A stretch of 64,000 nt of DNA from Octopus sinensis (GCF_006345805.1 NC_043001.1:94550001-94614000), one strand, 5' to 3'. Shown: positions 1 to 11,258, numbered from the stretch's first letter. Numbers and translations: made by a program. The notes: generated by a model from the sequence alone, not told the origin.

Positions 1-434
1 GTAACATGGTGATCTCATATGAAGATAAACAGCGCATGACCTTGCAGATGGGGCCCAGTTAGAATTTTCTTCTGGTCGAGTAGCCCATCTCACTCAAAAG
101 GTCCCTGAAAAAGGTTTGTTTAAGTATGTTGAACGAAACACCTATGCTTCCAAATGTGAAATATTCAAGCCCCAAAGAATCTCTCTCAATACACGGCTAT
201 CATGCTTCTCCACTACTTGTGCTAGTGATCAGAGATGCACATATCATCAGCCACCAAGGGACATGCTCAACTGGTTAAGGTCAAACAACTGACAAGCAAA
301 TCTGTGATATTGGGCAGAATATTTGCTGTAGCCCATCTTTTATACCAAGACAAAACCATGTACATGATTACACTTCCAATCAGTTAAGATCAGAAGCCCC
401 GAGTGTCACTGCCTGGTACTGCATCAGGGCATTT
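1..434 (-). mobile_element. (TAA)n-associated ~550 bp non-coding retroposon (family A), copy 1, 3' part cut by window edge
   Basis: Reverse complement matches 1256-1788, 12346-12838 and 61800-62280 along its length (e.g. AAAGATGGGCTACAGCAAATATTCTGC, GGGCCCCA(T/C)CTGCAAGGTCATG); this copy extends furthest 5' (AAATGCCCTGATGCAGTACCAGGCAGTG) and abuts an (ATT)n array. Confidence 0.85.
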
Positions 435-436
435 AA

Positions 437-485
437 TTGTTGTTGTTGTTATTATTATTATTATTAATATTATTATTATTATTAC

Positions 486-524
<39 letters not shown>
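437..524. repeat. (GTT)n/(ATT)n microsatellite
   Basis: Direct trinucleotide repeat. Confidence 0.95.
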
Positions 525-529
525 TTTTT

Positions 530-1018
530 TTTCGCCAATGAGATGAAATCGAGTTTCCTTGGAAAATGGCGCAGTTAATATTAATATTTTTATGGTCAAC
601 ACACAAGCAGAGTGGTATAATTGGAAATTCATATTCCACATTGACATTGTCCTTCAGGAAGCTTGAAATCACGGGAGAAATTTTGAAGATATCCAGCGAT
701 TTCAAGATCCATGAATGCGGTATGCTGTCGAAGGACTTTTTATAGTCAATCCATGCAGAACTGAGCTTTCTGTGTTTGTTATGACTGTTCTCAAGGATTA
801 TGCGATTGATTAAGAGATGGCCTTTGCATCCATATGAGCCTTGTCGGCACCTTTTTTGTTCAGTGGGGAAAATATTGTTCTGTTTGATAAATTTGCATGT
901 TTTCTCCACGAGGATGGATGTTAAAATTTTCTACCCGTCAGATAAACATCTTATGGGCCAATAGTTTTGGGGAAATTTGCATTCTTTATTCTTCAGGAGT
1001 AGGTAAGTAACATGCACT
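530..1018 (-). pseudogene. R4/Dong-type non-LTR retrotransposon RT fragment
   Basis: ORF 433..909 gives FPTEQKRCRQGSYGCKGHLLINRIILENSHNKHRKLSSAWIDYKKSFDSIPHSWI and INCAIFQGNSIS (RT motifs); upstream bases give VTYLLLKNKECKFPQNYW; homologous to ~45340-45830. Confidence 0.85.
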
Positions 1019-1130
1019 GGGGGGGGGAGATGTAGTCGACTTAAGCCCGCGCAAAGCTGCCCTTGTAGCAAACATTCGACATCATTATCATTATTATTAT
1101 TGTTATCATTATCATCAGCATTACTACTAC

Positions 1131-1140
1131 TACGAATAAT

Positions 1141-1204
<64 letters not shown>

Positions 1205-1253
1205 TAATAAAAAAAAAAAAAAAAAAAAAAATAATAATAATAATAATAATAAT
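1131..1253. repeat. (TAA)n microsatellite with internal poly(A)
   Basis: Direct repeat. Confidence 0.95.
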
Positions 1254-1255
1254 AT

Positions 1256-1788
1256 AGGCAGTGGCTCTCATGGCTTCTGATCTTAACTGATTGGAAGTGT
1301 TATCATGTACATTGTTTTGTCTTGGTATAAAAGATGGGCTACAGCAAATATTCTGCTCAATACCACAGATTTGCTTGTCAGTTGTTTGACCTTAACCAGT
1401 TGAGCATGTCCCTTAGTGGCTGACGATATGTGCATCTCTGATCACGAGCAGTAGTGGGGGAGCATCATAGCCATGTGTTGAGAGGGATTCTTTCGGGTTT
1501 GAATAGTTCACCTCTGGAAACATGGGTGGTTCTTTCAACATCCTAAACACCCTTATTCAGGGACCGTTTGAGCGGGATGGGTTACTCAACCTGAAGAAAA
1601 TTCTAACTGGGCCCCACCTGCAAGGTCATGTGCTGTTTATCTTGATATGAGATCACCATATCGCGCACATATGGTTGTGATGCATGTGCCTGGTGTACCT
1701 TTATCAGACGGGTAGTCATGATGGGTATATTGGGCTTCGTATATTTTACCCCAGTGTCACTTTGATGGCATGAACTGCTCTCTCACTC
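1256..1788 (+). mobile_element. Family A retroposon, copy 2
   Basis: Starts AGGCAGTGGCTCTCATGG, ends GAACTGCTCTCTCACTC followed by (AAT)n; flanked by (TAA)n on both sides. Confidence 0.9.
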
Positions 1789-2469
1789 AATAATAATAAT
1801 AATAATAATAATGATAACAATAATAATAATAATAATATTGCTATTGTTGTTATCTTTTGTTGCGACGGCGAAGTCGGACAGCCAATTAGAAGATTCTTTA
1901 GAGCCGGTTAAAATCCTTAGAGGCTTTTCGCCCGCCAACTTTCACTTTCATCCAATGATTCGTATCGTTGCAAACGACGTATCGCTGCCTCCCTGAAATT
2001 GCTGGCCTCGATCCAAAATTTGAAAACATTATTATGGTTGTAGTAATATCCGAAGTTGTTGAAATATTAGATGCAGCAGCAGTATTAGCAGCAGCTGTAT
2101 TAGTACCATGACAAAAGGTCGACAAGGGTTGTACTTAATTTTATCTCATAAGTTGAATAAGAACGTTAACAATATTATATCCGCTTCTCCTCGCAAACAA
2201 AAACTGTGTCTTTATTATAATCCGGTCAATTAAATCACATTAATTATATGTAATTATTGTATGATTAAGCGAGGTAGATATCCATTGTAAACTACTTGAA
2301 GCTCGTATAATCCAGAAAAGTTATGCATGCAAACACTGGCTTGTCAACATAGAGGTACATACGAACGTATTTACTCACAGGAACTTACATATGTGTGCTG
2401 GTGTGTCTACGTTACGCGAACAGAACAACACCCGATGTGCATATGTGTGTTTGTGTATATATGTACTTA

Positions 2470-2470
2470 C

Positions 2471-2513
<43 letters not shown>

Positions 2514-2545
2514 GGAGAGAGAGAGAGGGAGAGAGAGAGAGAGGG
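2470..2545. repeat. (GA)n microsatellite
   Basis: Direct repeat; a second degenerate GA-rich tract lies at ~2658-2750. Confidence 0.9.
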
Positions 2546-2816
2546 AGGGAGTGTGCGTGTTCCCTTAACGGTGTTCCCTTAAAATAATTGACGAAGCACT
2601 AATATAGCTATAATGTAGAATCTATATGCACACAGACAAAGACACAGTCCCTCGTACAGAGAGAGAGAAAGAGAGAGAGAAAGAGAGAAAGAGAGAGTCA
2701 AATTCAAAAAGAGAGGCAGAGAAAGAGAAAGAGACAGAGAGAGAGAGAAATAGATAGGCACGCAGGATTAGAAAGTGCGACAGAAAGAGAGGGAGAAAGA
2801 AGGGATGTAAGAAATA

Positions 2817-3228
2817 AGAGTGGCTGTGTGGTAAGTAGTTTGCTTAACAGCTACTTGATTTCGGGTTCAGTCCCACTGTGTGGCATCTAGGGAAAGCGCC
2901 TTCTGCTATAGCCCCAGGCTGATTAAGACTTTGTGAGTGGATTTGGTTGACGGAAACTGAAGGAAGCCCATCGTATATAATACATATATACCTTTGTGTG
3001 TGTGCGTATGTGTGCGCGTGTGCGTGCGTGTGTGTGCGTATGTGCGTGTGCGTGTGTGTGTATGTCTGTGTGTTTGTGCCTTTGTGTTTGTGTTTGTCCC
3101 CCCACCATTGCTTCACAACCGATGGTGCTGTGTTTACATCCCTGTACCACAGCGGTTCGACCAAATAGACCGATAGAATAAGTACTAGGCTTAGAAAGAA
3201 GAAGTCCCGGGTGCGATTTCTTCGACTG
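2817..3228 (+). mobile_element. tRNA-derived SINE (family B), 3' end interrupted by a family C SINE
   Basis: Head GAGTGGCTGTGTGGTAAG...GGGTTCAGTCCC (A/B-box-like), internal (GT)n tract, body matches 37314-37712 and 50923-51326. Confidence 0.85.
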
Positions 3229-3482
3229 AATACCTATTTCTGAATACCTATTTCTTTACTACCCACAAAGGGGCTAAATACAGAGAGGACAAACAAGGTC
3301 AGACAAACGGATCAAGTCGACTACATCGACCCCAGTGCGTAACTTGTACTTAATTTATCGACCTCGAAAGGATGAAAGTCAAAGTGGACCTCGGCGGAAT
3401 TTGAATTCAGAACGTAACAGCAGACGAAATACGGCTACGCATTTCGCTCGGGGTGCTAACATTTCTGCCAGCTCACCGCCGT
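3229..3482 (-). mobile_element. tRNA-derived SINE (family C)
   Basis: Minus strand GGCGGTGAGCTGGCAGAAATGTTAGC...GTTCTGAATTCAAATTCCGCCGAGGTC; tail unit GAAATAGGTATTCA duplicated; matches 6131, 31724, 52719 and 55820 copies. Confidence 0.9.
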
Positions 3483-3517
3483 GTGATTTTGCGTTTGTGT
3501 GTTTGTGTGCGTGTGTT

Positions 3518-3551
<34 letters not shown>

Positions 3552-3734
3552 GTTTGTGTGTGTGTGTGCGTGTGCGTGTGCGTGTGTCAGCATGTGTGTC
3601 CTCATGCCAGGATGTGTTTGTGAGTGCCAAATCTATAATACATGCGAACTGATAATCTTTAATCATTTCCTAGTTTCAGTCATTAAATTGCGAAGAAATT
3701 TTGTCGAATGAACCGACTCCAAGATTTTTTTGTG

Positions 3735-4030
3735 AAATCTGTTACTTATTCTATCTTTCTGTTTTGCCGACGCACTAAATTTCAGGGACGTAACGCACCG
3801 ACACGGTGAATAAGGAACACAGAAAAAGCCGTATACAAATATCAGGAGACGCAGACAAAACTATAAAGAAACAAACGCACAATTATATGGAGACATACAT
3901 AGACTGAAAGTCGACGAACTCCTTTCAGTTTCTGTCTATCAAACAAGGATTTGGTCAACCCGAACCTATGGTAGATGACACTTACCCGAGTTGGGATGTA
4001 AACTTCTCTACCACACCGCCACTGATGGCC
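3735..4030 (-). mobile_element. Diverged family B SINE
   Basis: Patchy match (TACTTATTCTATC, TTTTGCCGA, CTTTCAGTTTCTGTCTA, GATGACACTTACCC) to family B. Confidence 0.6.
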
Positions 4031-4957
4031 ATGTTTGTACAAAAATATTGAGAAAGGGACGAAAAGACGTTTATGTTATATTCGCTGCGTATGCTGCAAT
4101 GTCATTATGTTGAAGAACTCACACGGGCCCTCATATATCAGGTATTAAATTGTGTGAATGTGCGCTAATGTCACATTTTTGAATCTAAATATATCACTGA
4201 GATCAAACACACCAGGCATGTATTTGGCGGAATTATATACGTAAATGAATATTACACTACAACAATTATATATCCAGCGGCGTTTAGTAGAATATTAACT
4301 CACATTCAATCAAAAATATAATTATATATAGGCATTGTCCGTATGAAATGATATGATTTCAGAATCCACGTAGGGATAACATAAACTGTGTTATGTAATT
4401 CCTTTCTAATTGATTGATATATCTGAACACAAGGGATTAAATAAAATATTGTTCCTGTAAAATATGCTTTGGATAAATATTGTTTTGCTTTTGCTTATTT
4501 TAAGTGAATATATTGAATTAACTTCGTAAATGAGAACATTCGAAGACGATGTGGTGTTTATATTACGCATTTCAAAGCTTGCTGGAAAATAGTGGTGAAA
4601 TACGATTGAAATAATCTCGGATATTATTATATACAAGAATATACACGGCATATATACACCTCGTTAAACAGGTACTATTTGTTCTTTATTTACTGCCATG
4701 GGCGTATAAGTTTATGTGCGCGCCTGTGTGTGTGTGTGTATATATATATACATATACATAGGGGAGTGTGCGTGTGTATATATGTGTGTGTGAGGTGTCT
4801 ATATGTATGTGTATATATATATATGTGTATGTGTGTGTGTGCGTCTGTATGCATGTGTTTATAGATATATATTCACACGTAAATTTATTCATCCATTCAT
4901 TTATACATATACACACATACATACAAGCATGCATGCATGCATACATACATACATACA

Positions 4958-4989
<32 letters not shown>

Positions 4990-6130
4990 CAACTGCCCAT
5001 TCAGCATAAAGGAATTTTTGACTCCTCAGTGATTTGGTCGCATACCTACCGTATATCTCCGCATGTTCATTGCTCAATATGGGATGTTATTTGGTTTCTA
5101 TTTTCCAAACCTTTACTAACATCCAACACATATAACCAGATTATTGAGTAAAGTATCCTGAATTAGCCTTCTGTTGATTAAACACAAAGAGATTTGCAGA
5201 GGAAACCATTTATTCCTGACCAAATCTGAAAGGACATGGTCGCAAAACATTACTATGAATCATCATGCAACGTCTCCTTCTGAATCGAGGTCTATGAGCA
5301 ACGCTAAAACAGAGATTAGATTACAGTTACTGAATGTACACTATATATGTGTGGGTATGTGTGTAAACATACCTTCCTAAATGCATATGTTTCTGCAATA
5401 TAGAATTGTCCTCCCCTGAATCCAACAAAGTACACCAGCGCATTTGTTTCCCTCTCCTCGTCTCAAGTCAGTCTTCATTTTTCGTAATAGGCATTTTCAG
5501 CGTCTGTTGTAGAATTGCACACATTTTCTCACATATGAAAACCATTATCCTTCCCCGCCGCATCTGGCTTTCTCCAGACTTGAAACTCACAGAGCCAACT
5601 TACATATCTTCAATTTCTTAATGCATATTTTTCACTAAGCTCAGTTTCGCCTCTCCTTCCTAACACATTCGAATATTTCCTTGAAAGACACATATACAAA
5701 CACAGACGCACAGTCTTTTACTTTTCACACATTATCACGCTTCGCATACAGTCACACACATAGACACAAACAGATACACACAAACATATGCATACAGGCG
5801 CGCAAGCACACATTATCGCAAGCATATCCATAAATTTCTGAACAAAGGTTAGTATTCACTTGGGTATTAGCCATGCATATGAATAACTGCATGAATAAAT
5901 AATAGGTGACTAAATGAAAACGGGTTATTAAGGTTAAGCAAAAGACTAAGCATTCAAATATTTATATAAACATGAATCTTCAAATAAACATGTAATTTTG
6001 TGTCAATTATGAATTAATGCAAATTCTGGGAACTTACAACCGAGAAAAACATTTTTCTGTTGTTTGCGCGATGATTTAACATAACGATTACAATTTTAGT
6101 GTAAAGTATTTTAGTGTAAAGCATTATATA

Positions 6131-6362
6131 TATTTCTTTATTGCCCACAAGGGTCTAAACATAGAGGGGACAAATAAGGACAGACAAAGGGATAAAGTCG
6201 ATTACATCGTCCCCAGTGCGTAACTGGTACTTAATTTATCGACCATGAAAGAATGAAAGGCAAAGTCGACCTCGGCGGAATTTGAACTCACAACGTAATG
6301 GCAGACGAAATACGACTACGCATTTCACCCGGCGTGCCAACGTTTCTGCCAGCTCGCCGCCT
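6131..6362 (-). mobile_element. Family C SINE with target-site duplication
   Basis: Full head and tail; GTAAAGCATTA at 6116-6126 and 6365-6375. Confidence 0.9.
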
Positions 6363-6549
6363 TGGTAAAGCATTACATAATGGCTTTGCATGTTCTGAAT
6401 TTCAAGTCTGCCGATATAAAAATGAGATCCATTGTTATAAACAAGGATGTCTATACTCCATGTCTCGCATCTTTGACTATGTTGCTGAGATCAAATGATA
6501 TAAATCATAATTGACAGTTTTCAATGGATGGTAAAACGTTTAAAATTAG

Positions 6550-6581
<32 letters not shown>

Positions 6582-6785
6582 AGTAGGTGAATGAATTATC
6601 CTATGTTTATTGTCAGCATGGAAAATTCGTTTAACCGAAACCTGGGTAGCAAATTCACGTCAGAAAACACGGTTGAAGCGACCTGTCAAGGCTAGAAACT
6701 CCGGGTTCATGTGTAGAAAAGTGTGTGTTGTATATGAATAAATGAATGAATGTAGTCGAATGAAGATGTTAACAAAATTCCTTTA

Positions 6786-6867
6786 CTCTCGACACATGTT
6801 TCGAAGACAGCATATTTTCATTCCGAAGGAATAAAGGGTGCATTATGCAGTCTTCTCATCAGGAAAG
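6786..6867 (-). ncRNA. Type I hammerhead ribozyme fold, intact core
   Basis: Minus strand CUUUC-CUGAUGA-GAAGAC...GUCUUC-GAAAC-AUGU-GUC-GAGAG: stem I 5 bp (one G.U), stem II 6 bp extended by GCAUA/UAUGC, GUC cleavage triplet. Confidence 0.8.
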
Positions 6868-6949
6868 AAAAGCAGGCTCTCTCAACAACAAGACAAACAA
6901 AAATTTCGATGATTGCCTACATGGTAACCAAAGCGATAATGAGTGTTTT

Positions 6950-7120
6950 TTTTTTTAATCCGTTATAAGCATTGACGTCAATGCTTATAACGGATTGTTT
7001 TTAACAGTTAAGCTTCGTGCAATTGCCATACTCGATAACGAGGGGGCAGCCGGCATGTAAGTGTGTACGTACGTATCTATGTATATATGGCGGTGTTGTT
7101 TTTCTCTAATTTTCGAGCAT
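6950..7120 (+). mobile_element. Helentron-associated (HINE-like) non-autonomous element, putative
   Basis: T-run, perfect 40 bp palindrome 6957-6996, then a (GTAC/GTAT)-type short tandem tract, the layout of DINE-1/HINE elements. Confidence 0.45.
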
Positions 7121-7919
7121 GAATGTATAATATAATGAACGTATAACTGCTGTTCATATAGTAATTATATATAACATTGCTATATATTTAGACACCTAAA
7201 TTACAGTTCGAAGGTTGTGCGATCTTTTGAAGAAGGAAAGCTTCAATTGTAATAAATGCAAAAGTATATCAGCATATGGCTGCTGTCTGCCTATTGGTTA
7301 ATGAGATTTTGCATACACACACACACACACACACAGAGCTACATATGCGCTGACAGAGACACGCACGCACGCACGCATACACAAATGTTTGTGTATATAT
7401 GTTTGTGCATATTTGTGTTTATGCTATTTATATTTTAGAAATGACCGGTGTGTCCGCTTACACAAATAGTTTAATTGCCTACTACTTTTCACATATCATA
7501 ATTAACGTGTGTAAATGAATCCCACGGAGCACTCAAATCACATATCTAGGTATTCCATTATCGATTAATACAGACGTAACGGCTACAAAATGTACTTTGA
7601 AACTCTTCTACTGTGTTATGATAACTCTGTAACATTACCGCAGCAGTAATTAAACATATCGTTTGAACATCCTTAATACATTTGTTGTTATTTTAATACT
7701 AGTAATCGGTATATTTGGCCTGTGATATAAGTTTTCTCTTCTTTGTTGTATAATCGACGGTGATTTGGTGAGGTATTTTTCATAACGTGTTTCCATATAT
7801 AACAGTTACAAGTGATAAAGAAATGCGTATTATTTTAGACGCTCTCCAAAACATCCGAATGAATCGAAACACTTAATATAGAAAATGAATACACATTTCG
7901 CTCTCATATACGCCCTTAA

Positions 7920-7971
<52 letters not shown>

Positions 7972-7996
7972 AGAAAAAGCAACAAAAATAGATCAA

Positions 7997-8089
7997 TATT
8001 TCGGTACAATTGTTTCGTACGAAGACCACCTTTATTAAGGCTGCAAATATTGCAGCAAATACACGTGACCCGTACTCATCAGCCGAAAA
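7997..8089 (-). ncRNA. Type I hammerhead ribozyme fold in PLE 3' terminal repeat
   Basis: Minus strand UUUCGG-CUGAUGA-GUACGG...UCGUAC-GAAAC-AAUU-GUA-CCGAAA. Confidence 0.85.
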
Positions 8090-9586
8090 AAACATTTGAG
8101 TTCTCAAAACATCTAAGGGGGTGAGGCTACACTCATGAAACATCAGGGATAGTTCTATAAAAATCAGATTTAGATAATAATCGGACTTCCAAAATTCTTT
8201 AATGCTGCACAGTCAAATAGCAGGCTTTAAAAAAGTATTTTAAAAAGCCTCTTAATTTCACAGAAATTGAAAATGTAAATCCATCCATAATAGGTTTGAA
8301 TTCTGGAGATATGAGGAGAGATTTCATACTCACAGACGATGTATTTATCCATAATTAGTTCATAATAAAGTGGGTTTCCTGATGTATGATGGTATGCTGG
8401 TTGCATTTCTGATCATTTCTCAAAGCTGCTATGTTAGAATTAGCTGAAGGAAATTTAGTGGAGCGTAGAGACAATCACTCACATAGGGTATAATAGGGTA
8501 ACTGAGAGGAAGTGGGGTTGTAAATATCCAACTACGCACAACAGTTTATTTCAGTGGAGACAAACTGACTGGGTCAGAATTTGTAAGAATCTCAGTGTTT
8601 TAAAAAGGAATGCTAATCTTGACCAGTATTATGTTGTTAATTGCTATATAAAGAGGACACGGGAAGGTAAAGGCGGGTCAAAGGTTGTCACTATGGGAAA
8701 AAGCATTAACAGATTTCAGTGCAACACTAGAAAGGAGGTCATTCAATTTATTTCTTTATTTATTAATGTTACTACTTATACATTGGTAGACTTTGGGACT
8801 ACATTTAGGGGTCAAAAGAAAGAATTGGGAGTATTGTTTTTCATAATGAAAAATCGTTATATTATCTCTATGGGATTAGCTTTAATTTACTTATAGTATA
8901 TAAAATAATTTCGAAGTTTTATTAACTTATTTGCTTTAAGTTGTTTTACCTAAATTAGAAAATATTTAGATTAAATTAATTAAAATTATCTATATAGTCT
9001 ATTAGAATGAAATTTTTTAGCAACTAATTTATTTCTTTATGTTCCAAATCTGGTTCATTTAGAGAGAAAATAACCATAGCTTATGAGCTTGCAGCTATCT
9101 ATTTAAAGTATATAATATATAAAAGTATTGCTTTATTATTATAATAAGCAAGATAGACAAATCACAAAATGGTTTTATATACGGTTATCATTTAAAATAT
9201 TTTAGAGTCTTAATTCTAGCGTGAATACAAGATAAACCCAATTCTATACGGTTATTCAATAAGTCATCATTTCTTCTGTGCATTAGTATTTCAAATGTTT
9301 CCATGGAGCAAAGTTGGCAACCAACTCTGTTATTTTTATAAGGCATCGCTCTTCTAACTAATTTCCAGAATTAATTTGAATCTACTCTGAATATCCGATA
9401 GAATCGCACAGTTGAAAGGAACATTTAGCCACATTATATCTTTCTTATTAAATTTCCTTGAATTACAATTGGAGTTAGTTGAATCATTCCTACTCCCACC
9501 AGAGTCGTTGTATTTATTAATGTTACTATTTGCATGCTTCTTAGTTTTATCTAAATTTATCCTATCCGAGTTACCTCTGTTCTGGT

Positions 9587-10573
9587 CTATGTTCCTATCT
9601 TTATTCTTATTTCATTTAGATTTGTTGTCACCGTAAATTTACTTCCATTTTTATTTCTGGCGTTATCTCTATTGTTGTTTACGTGGTTATTGTTACTTCT
9701 TTTATTAGAAATATGTAAGTTCTCTTTATCAATATCCTGGTTGTATCCTGCCTTAGATAACGCCGCATTATAATGCTCCGAATGGGAGTTAAATATATCA
9801 AAATTGGATGATAATTTAGAGATTCTTAAGGAAATATTTCTCATCAAAGTATTAGTTATATTTGGGGGATGATTGGATAATTTATTTACGTAACTAGTGA
9901 TTTTGCCTTCTTTTCTAAATGGGTAATGTAGCTTAGAGTTAAGGTCTAATGTAATATCAAGGAAATTTACTATTTTAGTGCCTGGTTCGTAGGTTATGCT
10001 AAGGTTGAAATCTTTAAAGAACTTATTAATTTTCTTTCTAATCCTTTCAATGCTTGGTTTATTATTGCTAGGGATAACAAACAAAGCATCATCCCTATAT
10101 AAACCACCTTGTAATTCTGGGATCTCCTTTTTTATGCATTTTAATAGATATGCGCCTACTAAACTAGTCACCTCAGCCGAATCACTGGAACCCATGGGTA
10201 TATCGAAATTATTAGGGGTGTCTGCTCTGGTCCATCATTTTTCCCCAAACTCTATAAAAGTTTTTTTAGCTAATAGTACAATGTCGATTTCTTCTCTAGA
10301 TATGAGGGAGCGATTCATAGCGAATATAAGTGATTTATTAAACAGAATAGGGGAAATAATAGAGTAATAGTTATTTATGTCGAATTGAATAAAGGCCAGA
10401 TTATTAGTATTGGTTAAGGAGTTAAACCATTTTAATACCTCATCGGTATTTATCCATAGACTTAAGGGAAGAAGCGGGGTTATTTGTGGTAGAACAACGT
10501 CAAGGGTAGATTTACTAAGTCGGCCAATATCTGACTTAGTTGGACAAATAAGCCTTACCGACGGGCTTTTCAT
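9587..10573 (-). pseudogene. PLE reverse transcriptase, frameshifted (ORFs 10235..10573 and 9587..10195)
   Basis: Motifs FDINNYYS, PMGS, YRDD, FLD; frame break near 10200-10235. Confidence 0.9.
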
Positions 10574-10771
10574 AAAATTCCTTTTGTGGTCCTTAAGGTT
10601 AATTCTAGGTTCACACGGTATAAGCGGTTCTGTTTAAAGCCTATTATTTGACTTTGCAACATTAAAGAACTTTGGCAGTCCGTTTATTGTGTAAATCTGA
10701 TTTTTATAGAACTATCCCTGATGTTTCATGAGTGTAGCCTCATCCCCTTAGATGTTTTGAGAACTCAGATG

Positions 10772-10866
10772 TATTTTCGGCTGATGAGTACGAGTCACGT
10801 GTATTTGCTGCAATATTTGCAGCCTTAATAAAAGTGGTCTTCGTACGAAACAATTGTACCGAAATA
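10772..10866 (+). ncRNA. Type I hammerhead ribozyme fold in the inverted repeat at the PLE 5' end
   Basis: UUUCGG(10775-80)-CUGAUGA(10781-87)-GUACGA...UCGUAC-GAAAC(10847-51)-AAUU-GUA(10856-58)-CCGAAA. Confidence 0.85.
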
Positions 10867-11004
10867 TTGATTTTGTTGCTTTTTTCTTGTTTATAATCGC
10901 CCCGCATTATCTTATGGTTAATACCATATAGAGTTCTGGTGCATTTAAGTTAAGTACCTCATTCATGTGAATTCAACAGAACTCACTTGAATCTTAATTG
11001 CTTT

Positions 11005-11038
<34 letters not shown>

Positions 11039-11043
11039 ATATA

Positions 11044-11252
11044 TAGGGTGTTCAAAAAGTCTATCCACAGAACTTAATGGTTTTTGGGCGATTCTTGAAA
11101 ACTGATTTTTACTTCCTTCCCAGAAAAAGAGTCTGGCAGTGTTAAATCAGGCGATCTTGATGGCCGATATCCCTTGAAAGTAATCTGTTCGAAGTAGCGC
11201 CATAGTGATGCGCAGGATGAAAGAAATTCAGTGCGGAGAGACGTTTTGAACA

Positions 11253-11258
<6 letters not shown>
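11044..11258 (-). mobile_element. Tc1/mariner-superfamily deletion derivative (MITE-like)
   Basis: Imperfect TIRs TAGGGTGTTCAAAA / TTTTGAACAACCTTA in TA context; interior encodes RPSRSPDLTLPDSF, resembling the WPxRSPDLTPxDFFLWG transposase motif. Confidence 0.75.

Larger units (their letters stand above)
7971..10890 (-). mobile_element. Penelope-like element, 5'-truncated and internally deleted, bounded by ~260 bp inverted repeats (7971-8231, 10633-10890)
   Basis: Minus-strand RT: LKDHKRNFMKSPSVRLICPTKSDIGRLSK, FIQFDINNYYSII, FDIPMGSSDSAEVTSLVG, GLYRDD, VNFLDITLDL; C-terminal WKLVRRAMPYKNNRVGCQLCSME...LLNNRIEL (PLE endonuclease tail) near 9200-9370; terminal repeats carry hammerheads. Confidence 0.9.

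Noticed and set aside
375-434. Faint resemblance of the family A 5' end to U2 snRNA segments, and a possible HDV-like ribozyme
   Set aside because: Only short, gapped matches, and I could not assemble the nested double pseudoknot by eye.
5410-5700. Possible RTE-type LINE remnant on the minus strand
   Set aside because: No diagnostic motif could be read reliably.
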